Shown one piece after another: positions 62,117 to 64,000 of a stretch of DNA of 64,000 nucleotides (position 1 is the stretch's first letter; every line of letters begins with the position of its first letter). This DNA is from Polymyxa betae A26-41 (Eukaryota > Protista > Endomyxa: Phytomyxea). The stretch spans positions 12,111-76,110 of the forward strand of contig RBZT01000106.1 in assembly GCA_003693705.1 (NCBI GenBank). Direction: 5' to 3'. Made by a program: the position numbers and the translations under genes. Under the pieces are notes generated by a model. It made no database searches. It was not told where the DNA came from and was given only the letters and a program-made list of their open reading frames with translations.

Positions 62117-62956
62117 CAATGGATCCAATGCACGGCTCGTCGTGCACTCTGTCGATGTGGTGTCAGTTGCAAGAACCAGACCCCTGACTGCCCTGCCAAT
62201 GTCTAATCATGTTCTTGTCCTATAAAACGCACTCAAGTTCACCTCTATCCTGACCATCGTTATTCAAGTGACGCTTTTAGATATACGGAGGCCGCTCAAT
62301 GCAACGTAAATTCTGCTGTTCTCTATCGTAGCCACGACTCCTTCATCCATTATGACAAATGAGACACATCGCGCCTAAACATCAGATATCATGCCACTGA
62401 TGGCATGATTTCTGGATTGGATTAGATTGGATTATTCTAGTTCGTTGAGTTTGGTCAACAGGCGGCGCTCTATCCGAAACGCAAGGCTGATAGTATGGCA
62501 TGATCTCTGATCGTATTGACTTGTAGACACTGGGGGCAGGGTTAAGGCGAGGTTTAGGCAAGGGGTTAGGGAATTGTGGATTGGGGGGTGCGGTGGATTT
62601 GGGAAGTTGTGTCAAACTGAAAAAGGGAGTTAGAACATATATGATGATTCACTGGGATCGTGTCTTAGCGTTGTTTTTCAAAACGATTTTAAACAGAGCC
62701 GACGATAACGGGATGATTATTTTTGAAACATGAAGAAATACAGAAATCGACAACATATGATTTTTAGAATTATTGGGCGGTAGTTCCTAGGTGGAATTTT
62801 TTTTAAATAAATATATCAATGCCACGACAAGTCTTGTTGAGGTGGCACGGCTCCAAAATCTTTCGCTTCTTACAGCAATTAAGTATTATACTTAGTCAGG
62901 ATAAATGAGGATTGAATTATGATTGTCGTTGGGTTCTGTGCTGTTATGTGTGTGGA

Positions 62957-63324
62957 TTAAGTAACCTCATTCGCGTCAAGTACGATAAGATGCTGAGGAT
63001 CATCGACTATTCCTGCTTTGTGGGCGATTGAACGCAGGCGAGGTGGGTCGAGAATATGATGTGGGATGACGACAGTATGGAACCTATCGTAATCAACAGG
63101 TAAAGATCCATGAAACATGACCTTGGTGAACGCGTAAAGACTGAACATATATTGCCATTCCTTCTGGGAAAACATGTTTTTCAGCTCCTCACATGGCGCA
63201 TGGTACAGCTTCTTGATATCGCCGAAAGTTGGTTTAGAATATTTCGGAACGAATTTGAAAGTTTCATGCAATTTGATAGCAACAGAATCAAGGTAAAGAC
63301 GCGCATCAATCTTGCTCGTGCCCT
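62957..63324 (-). CDS. Isolated exon or degenerate gene fragment
   Basis: Open frame GTSKIDARLYLDSVAIKLHETFKFVPKY...LDANEVT*; no clear start, AT-rich surroundings. Confidence 0.35.
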
Positions 63325-63861
63325 ATTTATAGCGTTTGTGCTTGGTTTTTGATATCTTTGCTATCGTATTCAATATTAGTATTACATATTAATACAGACT
63401 GAGAAACAGCCATGTGCGAATTCTATGAGAAAATTTGGCAAACGTACCGGCTGGGGCGGGTATCGACAGCAACTTGAAGAGAGACGCGCGCGAGTTTTCG
63501 AGGGCGGTGACTAACGTAGCGTAAGCTAGAATTAGCCAGGGCTTCCGAAATAACTATTTATTATTATTTTTTTGGGATGATCCAAGAGGAATAAGTTATT
63601 CCTTTGGGCTGAGGCGTTCTCAAGAATAATTTCCTAAATTTGTATCAATAGGAATAAGTTATTGTGCAATAACAAATAACTATTCACAAACAGACATAAA
63701 AAGGGATTCGTCCCATAAATGGTCATTTGCTTTAAGAAAGAGTTGCATTTCCAGATTTTAACTGACCTTCACACAGGGACAGTGAGCAGTGACTACCAGC
63801 AACCCTGCGCGGACTGCAGGAAATCTATTTACCACTCCTGGCTGGCTGCAGGACGCTCTCT

Positions 63862-63904
63862 AAATCGACCAATAAATCGACCAATGATCAATAAAACGAC
63901 CAAT
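63862..63904 (+). repeat. Short tandem repeat (AAATCGACCAAT-like x3)
   Basis: aaatcgaccaat aaatcgaccaat gatcaat aaaacgaccaat. Confidence 0.8.
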
Positions 63905-64000
63905 GCGTAAATACTGCGTGGTGCACTGTTGAATCCCTGTTATCGCGCTGGATTTTATTTGCAAGCTGAACTTCATTTCATGGCAATGCAATCGCCATCT

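Overview
Gene-dense eukaryotic nuclear DNA with about 35 genes, mostly 40-70 nt GT-AG introns with relaxed donor sites, intergenic gaps often under 150 bp, and one assembly gap (39648-39802). I found no rRNA, tRNA, CRISPR array or recognisable transposase. Flagellar genes (ZMYND10, TTLL1), a secreted CE4 chitin deacetylase and TTT(T)AGGG motifs suggest a zoosporic protist; my inference is a plasmodiophorid such as Spongospora, but a chytrid is not excluded. Recognisable genes: ETFB, ZMYND10, ataxin-2/Pbp1, AMFR/gp78-like E3, USP5/Ubp14, ZIP9-like transporter, BTB-BACK-SPRY protein, BRAP2, Borealin-like protein, ankyrin protein, DUS4, TTLL1, CCT4, SMS/IPC synthase and a bile-acid:Na symporter. 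Three things stand out. (1) Short telomere-like motifs (AAACCCTA/TAGGGTTT) recur in promoters, introns, at stop codons and inside reading frames, often near abrupt GC-composition patches. (2) Several domain fusions look unusual: MABP-Sec7-PH-FYVE ARF-GEF, 5xRPEL-RCC1, EF-hand-histidine acid phosphatase, and myristoylated EF-hand-zinc ribbon. (3) Three secreted effector candidates are present: a bacterial-type CAP protein, a stand-alone ADP1-like ectodomain and a chitin deacetylase. Exon boundaries were inferred by eye and family calls come from motif recognition, not database searches.
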